Positions 40,194 through 54,289 are shown, counted from the stretch's first letter. The stretch is DNA of 64,000 nucleotides from Podarcis cretensis (GCA_951804945.1 OX638159.1:34534001-34598000), one strand, 5' to 3'. The notes: generated by a model not told the origin, from the sequence alone. Program-made: numbers and translations.

Positions 40194-41185
40194 CTGCATG
40201 TTTTCAGCAGCACGGAGCACAGAGACGACACTCTGCTTTCCCCTCTGCTTGCCTGGAGGGGAGGGGCTTTCCCTGCTCTTTGTTCCGTTTGAGCAAACAC
40301 AGCAAGGAAACAGAGGTGGGTGGGCAGTAAGACCCTGAGGCAGAATGCAGGAAAGCAGCCACTTCCTCTTTTCAGGTTTCCCTTCTAGGAGACGCGCGAT
40401 TTGATTTTTGCCTGATTTTTTTTGCCTCCCCTCGCGCCATTTGGCTCCAGGGACCACACATTCGCTCAATAACATGCACAGACATTTCCCCTTCCTTTTT
40501 AGGAGAAAAAATCTGCGTGTTATAGAAGGAAAAATACAGTACTTGTTATTGGATTATCAACACTCTGAGGGCATTATGCAAACGAGATTATCATTTATAG
40601 AAGGTTGAAACTTAATCTTGATACGTGTTCCATTAAATGGATTTAGCTTATTGATTTTCCTGAATATAAGGGATTATTTTCCTGATGATCTCTAATCACT
40701 TATCCTATTTGTGATCAATGTATTAAAATGCATGTATTCAGTATTGATGATGCAAATGCCATAATCCAGACAGCTGCATTAAGTATGTTCAACGCTTTTT
40801 CCCTTGCCATCCTGAAACTACCAAGTATAACCCCCATCAATATGCCACCTCACAAACCAGAAGTTAACACCTTTTGGGGGCACGTTTTGATTTTTGGTTT
40901 GTAGCCGGTGGTGACTTTAATAGGGGATCTAAGAGAAACTAGACATCTGTTGGTGGTGCACTATGTGAGAGTATACATATATGTGGATGATAGAGGAAGA
41001 GCTCTGCTTTGGACCTCATATGGCAAATATAAAATATATGTCAATCACTCGTGAGAATTGAGGCAAGAATACAATGTGGCAGTGCTATGGGTTTTATATT
41101 TTCGCCCTTAAATTCTTTCATTTACATAAAACAAGAATGAATTCATACATACAGCATTGGCTCTCCTGTTGTGTTCTTCAAATAG

Positions 41186-41284
41186 AACTCTCCCAGTAAT
41201 ATGAGCATGAGCAATCAGCCCGGGACCCCTCGAGATGATGGTGAAATGGGTGGAAACTTTCTAAACCCTTTTCAGAGTGAGAGT
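41186..41284 (+). CDS. SSBP2: SSBP2 coding exon ([33 protein letters not shown])
   Basis: aaatag acceptor, gtaagt donor, 99 nt. Confidence 0.96.
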
Positions 41285-44200
41285 GTAAGTATTATATTTT
41301 ATTTTTTGGTTGCTACTGAATAACTTGCACATGTTTATATTACTTTCAGTCCTTTAGAAAGCTTACAATCATGGCAATCAAACAAATTTGAACATAGCGC
41401 ACATCAGATGTTTTTCAGAAGAGAATCCAGAGTTTGGCTGTTAGGACCTTTTTCTTTTAAAAGCTTGCTATTTCCTGGAGACGTTTTAGGCCATTGTTGT
41501 TCCACCACCTACTTGAGCTAAATGTTGTTGTTTTTTGCAAATTTTCCTGCAATTTACTGTGATGCGTTTAAAGAAAAGGTTGAAAATGGATTTTTGCAAC
41601 CCGTCCATTTAGATGTTTGAGACGATAACTTTCACACAGTTGGCCTAGTTTATTTGGGATATGAAGGCCAAAGATGACTAGAAAAGATCCATAAAATACT
41701 GAAATAGTGAAAGCATCATGCAAATGGCATACACAGTAACATGAAAAATGTGTATAATGTGTGAAGATTGTAGTATAGATTCTGCTTATGGATAAAATGG
41801 TTTTATGAAGCTTAAAATATAGACCTATTTATTGTATATTATACACCCACACACCAATTTTTAGCCTGTTATCAGGTATTGTACTAGGATCACCGTGCTT
41901 TGGCAATTCTGATAAATTAGCTGTTTTTTTACTTCTTTCCACAAGTAGAGATTGTCTTGTTGATGATTTTGCAGAAAATGGTATAATGCTGGCATGGCTG
42001 TTCTCAAAAAGTTTCTTCAACATATTTCTGAACCTGTATACAGAATTTATTGAAGAGGGCTGAATTCGTAGTGAAGTATATATGGACCTGTCTGATAGCC
42101 TGTTATCAGCAAAGGAATACAGACCAGTGTCACAAAGCAACAGATAGTTTTCAAGCTCTTAAGTATTATTTGAAAGGGAGCAAAAAAAACCACCCCAATG
42201 TTTCGGTGCAAACAGATTTGTTGTGATGGTGGTGACAAACAATTTTGAAAACTGCTTTACACTGCATTTGAAAGTATGAAGATTGGCTATATGAAGATTT
42301 GCAACCTATATAGGCAAGGATACCATTAAGTAAAAGTGTCCCTACCATGCTGTGCCTTTGGGTTCAGTAACAGAATGAAGATGTGACCATGGTGAATGTG
42401 ATATACATTTCCTCACATACAGTGTGTTGCCAAAGACTACCAGATATCTATATTGATAAACTGATGTCTGAGAAGACGATGCCAACCCATAATGGTCTAT
42501 AGTCGACATGGTGTCCCTTCTAGATGCCTGGCCACACTCCCATCAGTCCCAGCCATTATGGCCTCTGATCACAGATAATGGAAGTTGTAGCTCATCATGG
42601 TTGTGGTCCTTGCTCTTCCACCCCACAAATTATTAGGCTACTATGATGAAGCACACTTTGATGGGCAGGATTAGTGTTCTTTCCCATAGTGGGCATGCTG
42701 GATATGAAGAAAATAGACTTGCTACTGCTTGGATTAGTAGACTTTAGTACATGAAGGCAGTGCTCTATAGCAGCGAGCAGATGAACTCTTAAACAGTGAG
42801 TTGTTCTTCCATTGTCATTCAGCTGTTCCACAGAGTCATGAAAATGTCATTGACAGAGGTAGATAATCCTAGAATTCAGAATGAAATATATTTGAAAGTT
42901 GGGTTGGGATGGTTTGAGTTTTAAATAGGTAAACAGGTAAATATGTATTCCTGGGCATATTGTATTCCTGGGAGCACTTCATTCATGCTGGAAAACTGCT
43001 GCAGCTGATTTGGAGAGCAGTGGAAGACACACTATGCAGCAAAGAAACGGGCATGGGCTTGGATAGGATACTGCCTGGCTGTTTTGAGTTGCAAGGGGAA
43101 AAGGTGGGATATAAATATATAACTATAATGTAAGAATGGAATTAACTGTAATAAACACTTTGTTCCATTTTTATCCCACTTTTCAGCAAACCTTTATCCC
43201 AAAGCAGTTTACAATAATAAAAAAATCTAATTAAAAACACAATAGGGTGGGGGGGGTATGTCTTTTCCTTTAGACCTAATTATTAAACAGTTGTACACTG
43301 ATAGGATGCCATAGTGATATCCTTGGATAATTAGCTGTTCATGTTTCTTCCTGTTCCTATTTTGTTGCAAATTAAAATAAACTTCCCTTGAGACACTAAA
43401 ACATGAACTATAACCTTGTTGTGTGTGCTATTTTTGTACATGCTCTGAGTGTGCTGTTCCATTTTTTCTCTCTCTTAACATTACTGCATTGCCAAGTAAT
43501 GCTCTTTTCCCATGAGAACATAGGCAGTTGTCACTTATTATAAACAATATTTTCAAATATGCATTTGTTTACTTTCTACTATTAGTGGAGAAAAAAGTGG
43601 ACTACATGTCTGCAAAGAACCACAAATACTTCTACATTATTACTGCTGGTTACTGAATTGTTTTTAATGTTCTGATTTTAATATTTGCTTATGTGATTTT
43701 ATTGTTTAGATAAAATTATTTTTGAGTTAACATTATACAAATTAACCTAAATAAAGAATTAGATGCTACTACTGATAGGCAACAGGGATTTTGCCAAATA
43801 AACATTAACTCAATGCAGATATGACTGATTAGCTAAATGGTGTGTAATAAGGAGAATTGTAGATAAAATTCATAAATTATTTTATCCACAGGCTGCACCT
43901 TTTTCATATGGCTATAAGTGGTTTTTCCTTTGTTTTATTTTATTTCTTGCATGATGCTTCCACTAGCTTCTCTATTTCATTGTGGATCTCTTCCAATCAT
44001 TTAAAACCTTCTTGGCCCCTAAATATGGCAAAAATTATGAGTTATATTCCAAACTCTTCAAACGACATGATATAAAATTTTTGTTTCGGTCTGTTCTTTG
44101 AATTGCATCCCAACACTAGATTCTAACTTTTAGCCAATGGACATCAAGGCTATTGGCTACCTAAATCAACTGAAAAAAGTCATTCTGAAATGGCTGAATT

Positions 44201-44810
44201 AAAATATGTTCCTGAGCACATTTGTATTAGTCTTTTAAGGTAATGATAAACAATAATGCCCTCTAGTGTTCATTCACAAATAATTTTACCTATTGCACTG
44301 AAGGTAGATATTTTCATGAGTCTTCAAAATATGCTCATACTCCATTCTTTATGGTTAGATTTTGAACTCGTAATGAATCCTATATTTTTAAAAATCAGTT
44401 ATGCTGACCCAGTTAATGGTTTTGCTCCAACTGGAATTAAAGGATGCCGGAACCACCAATTGGAACTATTTATGTTGAAGATGAATTTGATATACTTTGC
44501 TACTTTGAATTTGATATACTTTGCTACTTTGAATTTGCTACTTTGTTTGAATCAATAGACCTAAATTTGCCCTAATTCAAGCAAAGCTTCATATTTCCAG
44601 GACTATTGTGTGCTTTTTCATTGGGTGTCTGTCACAAATATGCCATTGTATGAATTAGCAGTGAGAAAAATATCACTACAATTATTATTATTTACAAGGT
44701 GTAATTATTCAAAAATGAATAAAACCGGCTTAATGTAAAATCTGAGTTGTATCCAGCAGTGCCACTCAAGCTTATGGTAAAATTTCCATCAGCTGAATGG
44801 GAAGGGGGAC

Positions 44811-44856
<46 letters not shown>

Positions 44857-44857
44857 G
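44811..44857. repeat. (TGT)n microsatellite
   Basis: Seen directly. Confidence 0.95.
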
Positions 44858-46243
44858 ATATCCCCGACTCCACTGCAGCCCTCCCCTCCCCTCCCCAAAT
44901 CTGCTCTAGAGGATTGCAAGTCCCTCCAGAGCAAGTTGGGTAGAGGGCGGAAGGGGTATAAGGGGGATTTTCAAAAGTGGCTTCCTTCTCCATTCCACGT
45001 ACAGAAGACTTACTGTAAGCAGAGCAACACTAAGGGTGTTGCTAAAAGATATAGCTCTTTTAGATTGAATCCCATAATACTGAAATAAATGTAGTTGCCC
45101 TTACCTCACAGTTCAGCATAATTCACTTAGAAATTGGATGGAACAAAATCAGTTTTGGAAAATGGGGAAGGGAGCTAAATGAATTGGCATGTGAAGTCAT
45201 TTTATTGGATATATTATTTTGCCCACTCTTATAAGTTGCCCTGATACTGCTACCCACTGACTTTCTACTTGGCTGGTTTTAAGGTTCTTAGTCCTGCTAT
45301 ACAGTAAATGAAGCTGAGGAAAACTTAGGAGCTTTTTTATTTAAAATCGTTCTACAGTTTGACCTTACGTCTCACTGCAAATTTTACCAAGTCTTTGAGA
45401 TGCAGCTAAATAGAAATTCAATTAAAAGGTTGTTTAAAAGACTTTCTCTGAATAGCTACCAAACATTTGCTAACCTACTGATATCCCAGCACACTGATTT
45501 CTCTGCTGCTTTCAGTGTAGCCATTAAGTATCAAAATCAGCTTTGTTGAGTTGCAACATCTACAGGAGTTCTGCCTAAAACTAAATACTGGACTTGATGT
45601 GGCATTTCAATTCACTTGGCACTTAAAACATTTAACTCTTTAGCAATGTGATTATGGGTGTCAGATTCAAGTGCTATGAATAAATACTGTGTTGCAAAGC
45701 ATGTGCGCTAGTCCAGGTTCTGTGATGAAGTATGTGCATATTAAACAAAAGCCAAAGTATGTTTCTGAAATAATGCCAAATGAATATGGTTAATCATCAA
45801 CAACTGTGCCCTAATGCTGTTAGGAGCGTCCTACTCTCATGTAGGACCTTGGCAGAGACACATGCCAGACTGGCACGTTCTCTCCCTCCTGGTCAATCGT
45901 TCAGGAGCTTCAAAAGCTTTCTTCTGCCCAAACTTCACAGCGACTAATGCCAAAAGGCATTAGCACACTCAGGGATCCGCAGAGTATTCACAGTTTACGT
46001 AACAGAACCAATAGCACAGCATATAATACACTCTGAGCATTCTGACTTAGCTTCTGCCTCTTTCTCATCAGATAGCAAAGAGAGAAAACAAAGGACAATA
46101 GTCCCACTTCACGGAACACAGTAACACAAACATCCTGTCTCCATCACTTCCCATACTGTGGAATGAAAACATACACCATCATGTGATAGACAGCAATCTC
46201 ATGACTGTAAACATGGGGAATGAATCTCCAACAAATACATGGA

Positions 46244-46368
46244 CAGCTGGTGCCCTCTCTATATGTTGTGAACTACAACTCTGATCAGCCCCAGCCAGCT
46301 TGGCTAATGGCCAGGGATGATGGAAGTTACAGTCCAAAACATTGGGGGGGACAGGTACCACATCAGCT
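46244..46368. mobile_element. Short palindromic MITE (common squamate family, decayed)
   Basis: gaactacaactc...agccccagccagc...ggatgatggaagttacagtcc; related copies near 42520-42600 and 54290-54425. Confidence 0.6.
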
Positions 46369-46805
46369 CTTCTTGTCACAAAGAAAGCAAATAACGCTAT
46401 GTGCCAAAAAGTGTTTTATGAAGTGCTGAACACAATTTTCCATAAAGTTTATAGAGATCAAAACTCTGATTCTTATCATCAGCCCTCATTCACGCAAATG
46501 CTATCTTGCTAGTCTGCAAGTTCTTGTTTTTTTCTTTAAGGAATTCACCCAATTACAGATTTGTAACCTTGATAGTTGCTCTTATGGTAGCAGTGTTTTG
46601 TTTTACCAGAGACTACTTACTTATATGGCTTCTGATACTATGGTAGGTAAGATATCTATATCTCTCTTAATTAGGAAGCTAGAAGTATGCACATGAACAC
46701 CGCATGAAATCATGACTGGGAATCATGAGAAACTTGCATTCAAGTCTCACTATTAGTGGATTGGTGCATTGAGTTGCTGCTAAAATGTGAATTCCTATTT
46801 TTCAG

Positions 46806-46835
46806 TATTCCCCCAGCATGACAATGAGTGTGTGA
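46806..46835 (+). CDS. SSBP2: SSBP2 last coding exon (YSPSMTMSV*)
   Basis: tttttcag acceptor; conserved SSBP C-terminus followed by TGA. Confidence 0.96.
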   Translation, partial: YSPSMTMSV

Positions 46836-47390
46836 TCCATTACCAAGTCTCTTCATGAAGGCTGCACTGAGTTGGCCCTCTCCAGAGAGCTACTAAAGAA
46901 GAAAAATTACTCATCCCTGTGTACAGTTTAACAGAAACAATCTCAGCCACAATTGGACCCACCATTCCCCCCACCCCAACCATCTTTCCAGTTTTGTGAA
47001 GAAAGTGGGTCCTGATCTGGTTTCAGCAACTGTGTGGCACATCAGAGCTGCCCAAGACTGAACTGAACTGCAAACAGTTATCTGTGTATGTATATGTAGG
47101 GATAGGTGTATTATGTATGTGTGTGTTACAGAAACATAGATATGCGCACATACATATATAGACCTGCAGGACGTTGTAAAATATTATCACATGACATCTT
47201 AAGTAGAAATAAGAAATAGGGACTTTTATTCCATCTTTTTTCATGTTTACATTTTAACTATTAAAAGAACTGCTTCCCTCTCCCCATCTGAACTGTTCCA
47301 TGCTGTTTATATCACTGCTTTGTAAGTTATTTTTTTAAAAAGATCTCGGATAAGTTCTGTTTTTTGTCAATGTCTGCCATCATGGATAGG

Positions 47391-47396
47391 AATAAA
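47391..47396 (+). promoter_or_regulatory. Proximal poly(A) signal of SSBP2
   Basis: AATAAA about 555 nt after the stop, followed by GU-rich ggttgtgtttg about 30 nt downstream. Confidence 0.55.
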
Positions 47397-47474
47397 ACTG
47401 CTTTTAAGAGGGCTCTCTCTCATAAGGTTGTGTTTGATACCAATAACATGTGAATTGAAAACTACACTATCTCA

Positions 47475-48333
47475 CAGTGGCGTAGCGTGGGTTGTCAGCA
47501 CCCGGGGCAAGGCAAGTAATTTGCGCCCCCTAACCCCTGGATTTTAGCACTCGAGTGCGAGCGCGCCCCCCCCAGATGTTGCGGCCGCCCCCCTGCACCC
47601 CCCACGCTACGCCACTGGGGCTGGGGGCGAGCGAAGGAGCCAAGGACCCCCCCCCTTAAGGCTCAGCAGGAATTTATTAAATTTATTATTTGCGGAGCCC
47701 CCGCGGGCCGAGGCAGCCGAAGCCCCCTCCCCTCGGGCGTCTCCCCGCCCCCTCCTCTCCTTGGGCTGTAGGTGGAGCCCGCGCTCCGAGGCGCTCCAGA
47801 TCCGGGCTTGGCGAGCGCCTCTCCTCCCCCCGGCCTGGTCCGGGGGCTTCCAGCCGCGCTCCGTCCTCGCCCGACCCCCCCCCCCCCGCGGCTGAGACTT
47901 GCGCTGAGAGCCGGAGCCAGCGGCGCCCCCTTCCGCCGGGAGACCCTCGCCCGCCCGCCGGCTTCCTCTCGGAGGGTTTTGGGGAGAGCAGGGCGCGACG
48001 AGGCCCCTCGGAGCTCTCCTCCCTCCCAGTCGGCAGAAGCAGCCGCCGCCTGTGGCTGGGCCGATGGGATGGCGGCGGCGGCGGGGTGCAGAGGCTGCCC
48101 GTGCCCGGCCAGGCGTTTGTGGCGGCGTCGGCGCTGCTGCAGCGGCTGCTCCTCCTGCAAGCAGTGAGTGGAGCGCAGCTGCAGCCGCAGCGGCGGGGGG
48201 CGCAAGGCTGGCGGTGGCGGCGGGGAGCCCGGCGGAGGAAGGAACTTGTCCCTTCCCTCTGGACTCGCGCCCCCCCCCAGATGTTGCGCCCGGTGCGGCC
48301 GGCACCCCTGGCACCCCCCACGCTACGCCACTG
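47475..48333. mobile_element. Composite non-autonomous hAT-type element with GC-rich cargo
   Basis: TIR cagtggcgtagcgtgg / ccacgctacgccactg; exact 8-bp TSD ctatctca (47467-47474, 48334-48341); extra internal right TIR ending at 47617. Confidence 0.9.
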
Positions 48334-51300
48334 CTATCTCAAGAAACTGAAGAAACACATTAATCTTGCTTAACAAATAAAACTTGTCCTTTGCCTAAAA
48401 AGTGAGAGAAAAGAAAATAGAAGGGGTTCTTTTCATGTTTCTTCGTAGAAGCCTAATACTGCGATCCTAAACATATTTGCATGGTAATAAGCTCCACTGG
48501 GATAAGTCAGATTTACTTCTGGTAATGTTGAGGATCAGGGTGCAAATCCTTCAATATTTGTTTTCAAGGGAAGTCTGAGTATATCTCAACTTCTTTATCT
48601 ATGCAGAGAAATACAACATTACTGTGTTGGGCTCTGGTTTGATTGCTGTAGCATCCAGCAATAAAAGTGGCAGGTTTTGACTTTCTGCCTTTCGAAAAAA
48701 TAAAATCTATTTAGTATGATCTTCCATAGATGTAGTAATAGATTTTTTCTTTTAAGTTATAGATTCTATTCTAAGGCATGCTTTTTCTAACAGTCCACAA
48801 TTGTCTACTGGGATGACTGACACCCTAACTCCCAATTACCTGTTACAAGTTAAAGGCTTATTAACTTTGTGTTGGGAGGGGAGGAAAGTTTCTTGCCCTT
48901 CTTCAATGGCCCTTCAATCTCTCTTCTTCCTTACCCACTATCTGCAATTTCCCCTTATCTATAATCTTCCAATGGTTCTGAGACCATACAAATATTCAGA
49001 TTACTTCATTTAAATGTAGCATCTTAAAGAGTAGCATCCTAAATGTAGCATCCTGAATACTTATAAATTTATTATGCAATAAGCTTTTGTGGACTAGAAA
49101 AAGTTTATGCCATAATAAATTTGTTAAGTCTCTAGTGTTTTTCAGGACAAAAACAAACAACAAACTTGGTTACCCCTTTGGAATGCAAGTCAGATTCCTT
49201 CAACTATCATTAAGGCCCAAATGACAGAGGAATTGCAACATGCAACACACAGGAAGAGAGAGCAAACGTAAAGGGAAGTTGTGAGAATTGTCTCCATCCC
49301 CTTCTATCCTCTGGAAGCCTCCTTTGGATCAAATAATCTTCCATGAATGGAAGGAGAACATAGATCCCAAGTACGTCATGTTTTCATCTACTCTGTGCCT
49401 AATTTTTTCCACTTCTGTTTGCACACTTCCCCAGTATACCACATAAATTAAGAGCTAATAATGTTGTATACAACATCTAAAGACACTGCTATCTATAAAT
49501 TTGTGTTTTTGTCTGAATTGCTTTCTACTCCCTATTAAGTCTTTATAGAGGCTAGTAATATAGAAGACAAAATTGAAATAGGAAATTGTTTTCCAAATAT
49601 TGGTTTCTTTCTAACATTCTAGGCATCCAGTTATACTGTGTCTTATAGTCATATGCAAGCCTTAAAGCCAAGCCCCCACCCTGCCTTTGCCCCAGAGAAA
49701 GAAATGTATGTTTAGGCTAATTAAGACACGAATACTTTCTTCTGTGGGAATGCCGATAGAATTGTTTTAGCACAGGTCTGCATATGGAAATTTTTCACAC
49801 AGTAACTGATCAATCATATGGATTTTTTTTTTTAAGAGGAAGGTCGGTAGTTAAAAGAGCACCTTCCTTTTTTTCATCCTGCTTATACTTGTAAATTGTT
49901 CCTGAATAAACTCATATGAATTCATGTCTGTGCCTCTCTAGGTATCCTTCAAAAAAAGCTGTAGAGTTCTAGCTACAAATATAGTCTACCTTTTGAAAAC
50001 AGCGATAAATGTTTAATACATAGCTCTTTCTAATCCAGATCTTAATTATTTGCAGGCTTTTAAAATGCCAGATGCAGACAGAGTATCAGGTAATGGAGAC
50101 AGAATAACTGAAGTAGACAAGTGAATCATTTTGGGTGGGCTCTATGTATATAAACTGTTGAAAATGAGTTTAAAATATTTTCTTTGTACTTGGCATGAGG
50201 ATGGTCTGAAGGTGAACATTCTCTCTCCCCTTCCCCCCATCTCCTGCTGAACTATCTTTAATGTTCATAAAATGAGTTGTTGTAATTTACAATGCTTCTT
50301 CTGCCAGCACTTGCCAAGTAATATGTCTCAGCCAAATCTGGATAAACGGTTGCATAAGAGTAAACCCCTAGCACAGTTCCTTCAAGCTTTTGTTTCTGTG
50401 TCACATTTGCCAAACTTATATCAGGAAGCCTATTCATTTTCATCTGTTTTTTCTTTTTCTTTTCATGGTTATCAGCTGAACATTTTCTTGCTACTTTCCT
50501 AGCTGATTTGGTACATACCCTAAATTCCTTCTCATCTATACATTGGGTCCTAGTTGAAAGTATTGTTGCCAGCATAACTGGCATCCTATAGGCACCTTAT
50601 TTAGATGTCATTTAACATCCATAATGGACACAGCATTTGCCAACTGAGTTTTTTTAAAAATAAAATAAAAGGAAAATAATTTAACACTAATTTAAACATA
50701 TGGATCAAAATCCTCCTACAGTTGGTCATTAAGGACACCAAACATCAAATAATGGTTTGACACTTTGGGAATGAGCCTTATGCTCAGCACCCCCTTCAAC
50801 CCTTCATGTACAATCCTGGTTGGCAAACCATAGTCTGCCAGTTTGAATGTAATGGCCAGCTATGGTTTCCTGCAAACCAGGAAATAACTCATCAAGCAGA
50901 ACATGCAGAAGAAGGCAGAGAGGGAGGCGTAAGCAGAGAAACATCAAACCATGTTTGGTGTTGCGTGTGAAATGACCCCATTGAAAGCAACGGAGATTAA
51001 ATTAGTTATTGACTATAGCAAGATTGAGGCTATTTGTAAGATCAAATTGGGTGTTTTGTATCCTTATGGATAACAACCTGGAATCTTGCATCAAAAAGAG
51101 AAGTTGGTTAAAAGTCTATCATCACTGTGATTATCTGCCAACATGTTGGATGTAAGTGAGGCTATGGAGTTAGATGGATTTGATGAGGGAGTAGTTACTG
51201 TTAAGTTGTACCTTTCATTTGTGCCCTCACTTTGCCTTGGTATCACAAGTTTTAGCCAGTAACTATTGCACTGACTCTTCCTGAGTCCTTTAAATAATTC

Positions 51301-51511
51301 AAGTATTGTCAATTTGTACCCTGACTGCTATTTTCAAGAAATACACAAATGTTTATGAAGGAATTTGGCATGCAACGTTCAAGAATACCACCAAGCTCAT
51401 GCTTAATGCTTCAGAAAGCTGTCTTGATTTAATTCATTGAAAGTCACAATACAATTTCAGCAGCAGCTGAAATATAGTCTAAATTGTTAAGGGTGACTTT
51501 GATAAATACTG

Positions 51512-51871
51512 GGTAAAAGGTAAAGGTCCAGTCAAAGGCGACTATGGGGTGTGGTGCTCATCTCGCGTTTCAGGCCGAGGGAGCCTGCGTTTGTCCACAG
51601 ACAGCTTTCCGAATCATGTGGCCAGCATGACTAAACCGCTTCTGGCACAACAGAACACCGTGACAAAACCCAGAGTGCACGGAAACGCTGTTTACCTTCC
51701 CGCCATAGCAGTACCTATTTATCTACTTGCACTGGTGTGTGTTTGAACTGCTAGGTTGGCAGAAGCTGGGACAGAGCAACAGGAGCTCACCCTGTCATGT
51801 GGATTTTTTGCCGACCTGATTGGCAAGCCCAAGAGGATCAGTGGTTTAGACCACAGTGCCACCTGCTCCCC
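51512..51871 (-). mobile_element. Sauria SINE
   Basis: ggtaaaaggtaaagg tail, Sauria core, ccacagtgccacc head. Confidence 0.87.
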
Positions 51872-53202
51872 TCAAATGCTAAGTATTATGCAGAGTCTTG
51901 TGGTATAATATATCACTTTCCTTTAAATAAGCTGAAATTCAGGGCAAATATACACAGATCAAATTTTATAAAGTGTCTCAATTTGATTTCAGAGAAATAG
52001 AGTTCTGAGCATAAATAAACTTGTTCAGTTCAGATGAACAACTTGAGTCAGTTGTGAGGCACACAAATACTCTCAACATTGGTATTTTGAGCCTTTGCAC
52101 AACAGTGACCTATGCTTTTAAAAAATAATAATAATACAGAAACCTATGTCTGTATAAACCTATGCCTATCTATAAATAGTTTCTTGGAAAGAATTTGGTT
52201 CCCTCCCACCCCACTTTGAGTAATCCTATCTGAAACATTTTTTACTTACTTAATGCTTAAGGTATGTATTCATATGAATACATAGTCATGTTTTATCACC
52301 AAAATAATAACTTTTATCCAGATTTATTTTGTTATTTAAATGTAAGATATGCAAGGAAGCTTCTCATGCAATGAGAGAATTTGCCATTGATGTTGTCAGA
52401 TGTATATCCCCTTTTGTTATACTACTTTTGACCAACATGGAAGCTTTATTTATAACTTGATACCATCCATTTTCTAGACACATTTGTGGGTTTTTTGTGT
52501 TTTTTTTAAGAAAACTTTTTGAAATCCACAACAGTCAGATACTTTACAATGATTTGATGGTAGGAAGACATTCTCAGCATGTTCGCTTTGCATTATTAAA
52601 TTGGACATTGCTATCTTACTTTCAAAAATTATGCCTAAAATCAAACATGTAAGCTGGTAGTCAGAAACAATGGAATTCATTGTCACATTTTTTTTCTACT
52701 TTAGCATCATTGTGTTTGGTCCATAATCTAAAGGGTTGCATCCAGAGTTGTGTGCCTGCCCTAGGGCATTTCCAGTCTTCTCAGCTGCTGCTGCTGAGGT
52801 TCTGAAGACTCTTCAGAACGGTGTATTATATGGTGTGGGAGTTGTAGCTATGGAGAAGAGTGCTTTCCTTATGTAACTGGGACTTCTGAAGTCCTTGCTT
52901 AGGCTTAGTGTATTGAATTTTCAGTGAATAATCCTGTTCGTTCTAGATTATACCACAGACAATAATTAGAATGAGCATGATTCAGCCCATGTTGCACACT
53001 TTTAAATACCACAGCTTCCATGAGATAATTGATCACGTGTTTGAATTTCTCTCATTAAAATGAATGGGACATAGAAGTGCTTAACTTTGGACCTGAACCA
53101 GTGAATATGGACATGATTTGCATGTAGTATTCTCCAAGTTGTAGATGTATATATCTAACGAATTATGAGATAGATGCTGCCTGCTGATCAATTCCTCTAC
53201 AC

Positions 53203-53240
<38 letters not shown>

Positions 53241-54289
53241 CAAATTCCTTCTTGTTGTTTAGAGACCAAAAAGTTAATAGAATTTCACTTTCCCCCTGGG
53301 GGAAGATTCTAACACCTATTCTATAGTCCAGCAGTTCCTCACATGAAATGCAGAAACTTTTATTAAAGGTTCTGTATTTTCACAGTCCTTGTATCATTTT
53401 GGCTTTTTTATTATTACTGAATAAACAGTATCGAGACAACCGCAATAAAAATTATTTTTATAAGTACAGTAGTTTACACAAAAATCATTGGCAAAATCTT
53501 ACATGGAAGCCAATGCATGCCCTGTTTACATGAGTAGTGTAATGGTTCTAATTACTTTTTATGGAGCAAACCACTATCAACAGAAATAATCCAATTCATA
53601 CAGTCATCCACAAAAATGGCTTATGTTGAATTCTTGGGCTTTCCTGTCCAAACAACACAAGAGTTATGCCAGTCACAGAAAGTGAAGAATTTCAAATTAC
53701 GTTGGAAACCGCCACCCTCTTTATTTCTACACTCATACTGCCCAGATAATATATGAGGGCTGTTCTTAGCAGTCTCCAAAGTTAAGAGAATCAGGACCCT
53801 TCTGGAAGATCAAGATTCCACCTAGCCCATCATTCTTTTTCCAGTAGTGGCTGTCATGTGCTTCCAAAAAGTGCAAAGCATGAAGGCAACCTCTTTCCCC
53901 ATGATGTTTTCCCAACATCTGGCATTCAGAGGTATGCTGCTTCAGCTAATGTAAATGTTCCATTAATTAATAATGGCTAATAATGGCTAATGTTCTGCAA
54001 ATCCTTCTCCATTCACTTTTGTTGTAATACTTACCAATGGCTTACCAAGGCTCACAGATGGGCATAACAGCTACCTTGTCTTTCCACCCGTTTTCTCCAT
54101 CCCTAATTCTCCATCCCTCACAGAAAATCAAACTCCTAAACATTTTTCAGCAAATCTGAATTTCTTATATTTTGGTATCTTGTTAATGAGCTTAGTTTAT
54201 TGTGCAGTTTATTTCTCGTTTGCAAGACATACTCTATTCTACACGTCTTACTGCACAATAAACTAAGCTCATTAACAAGATACCTAATG

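Larger units (their letters stand above)
38112..40539. mobile_element. Non-autonomous Tc1/mariner element carrying a tandem array and an L1 insertion
   Basis: TIRs ccgtatttttcgctctataacacgca / tgcgtgttatagaaggaaaaatacag, TA TSD. Confidence 0.82.

Noticed and set aside
7763-46835. Calling the gene SSBP3 or SSBP4 because of the extra exon
   Set aside because: The other exons carry SSBP2-type residues ([35 protein letters not shown]).
47607-48373. Overlapping 180-235 aa ORFs on both strands as a protein gene
   Set aside because: Expected from stop-codon scarcity in GC-rich DNA; low complexity, and several run into transposon ends.
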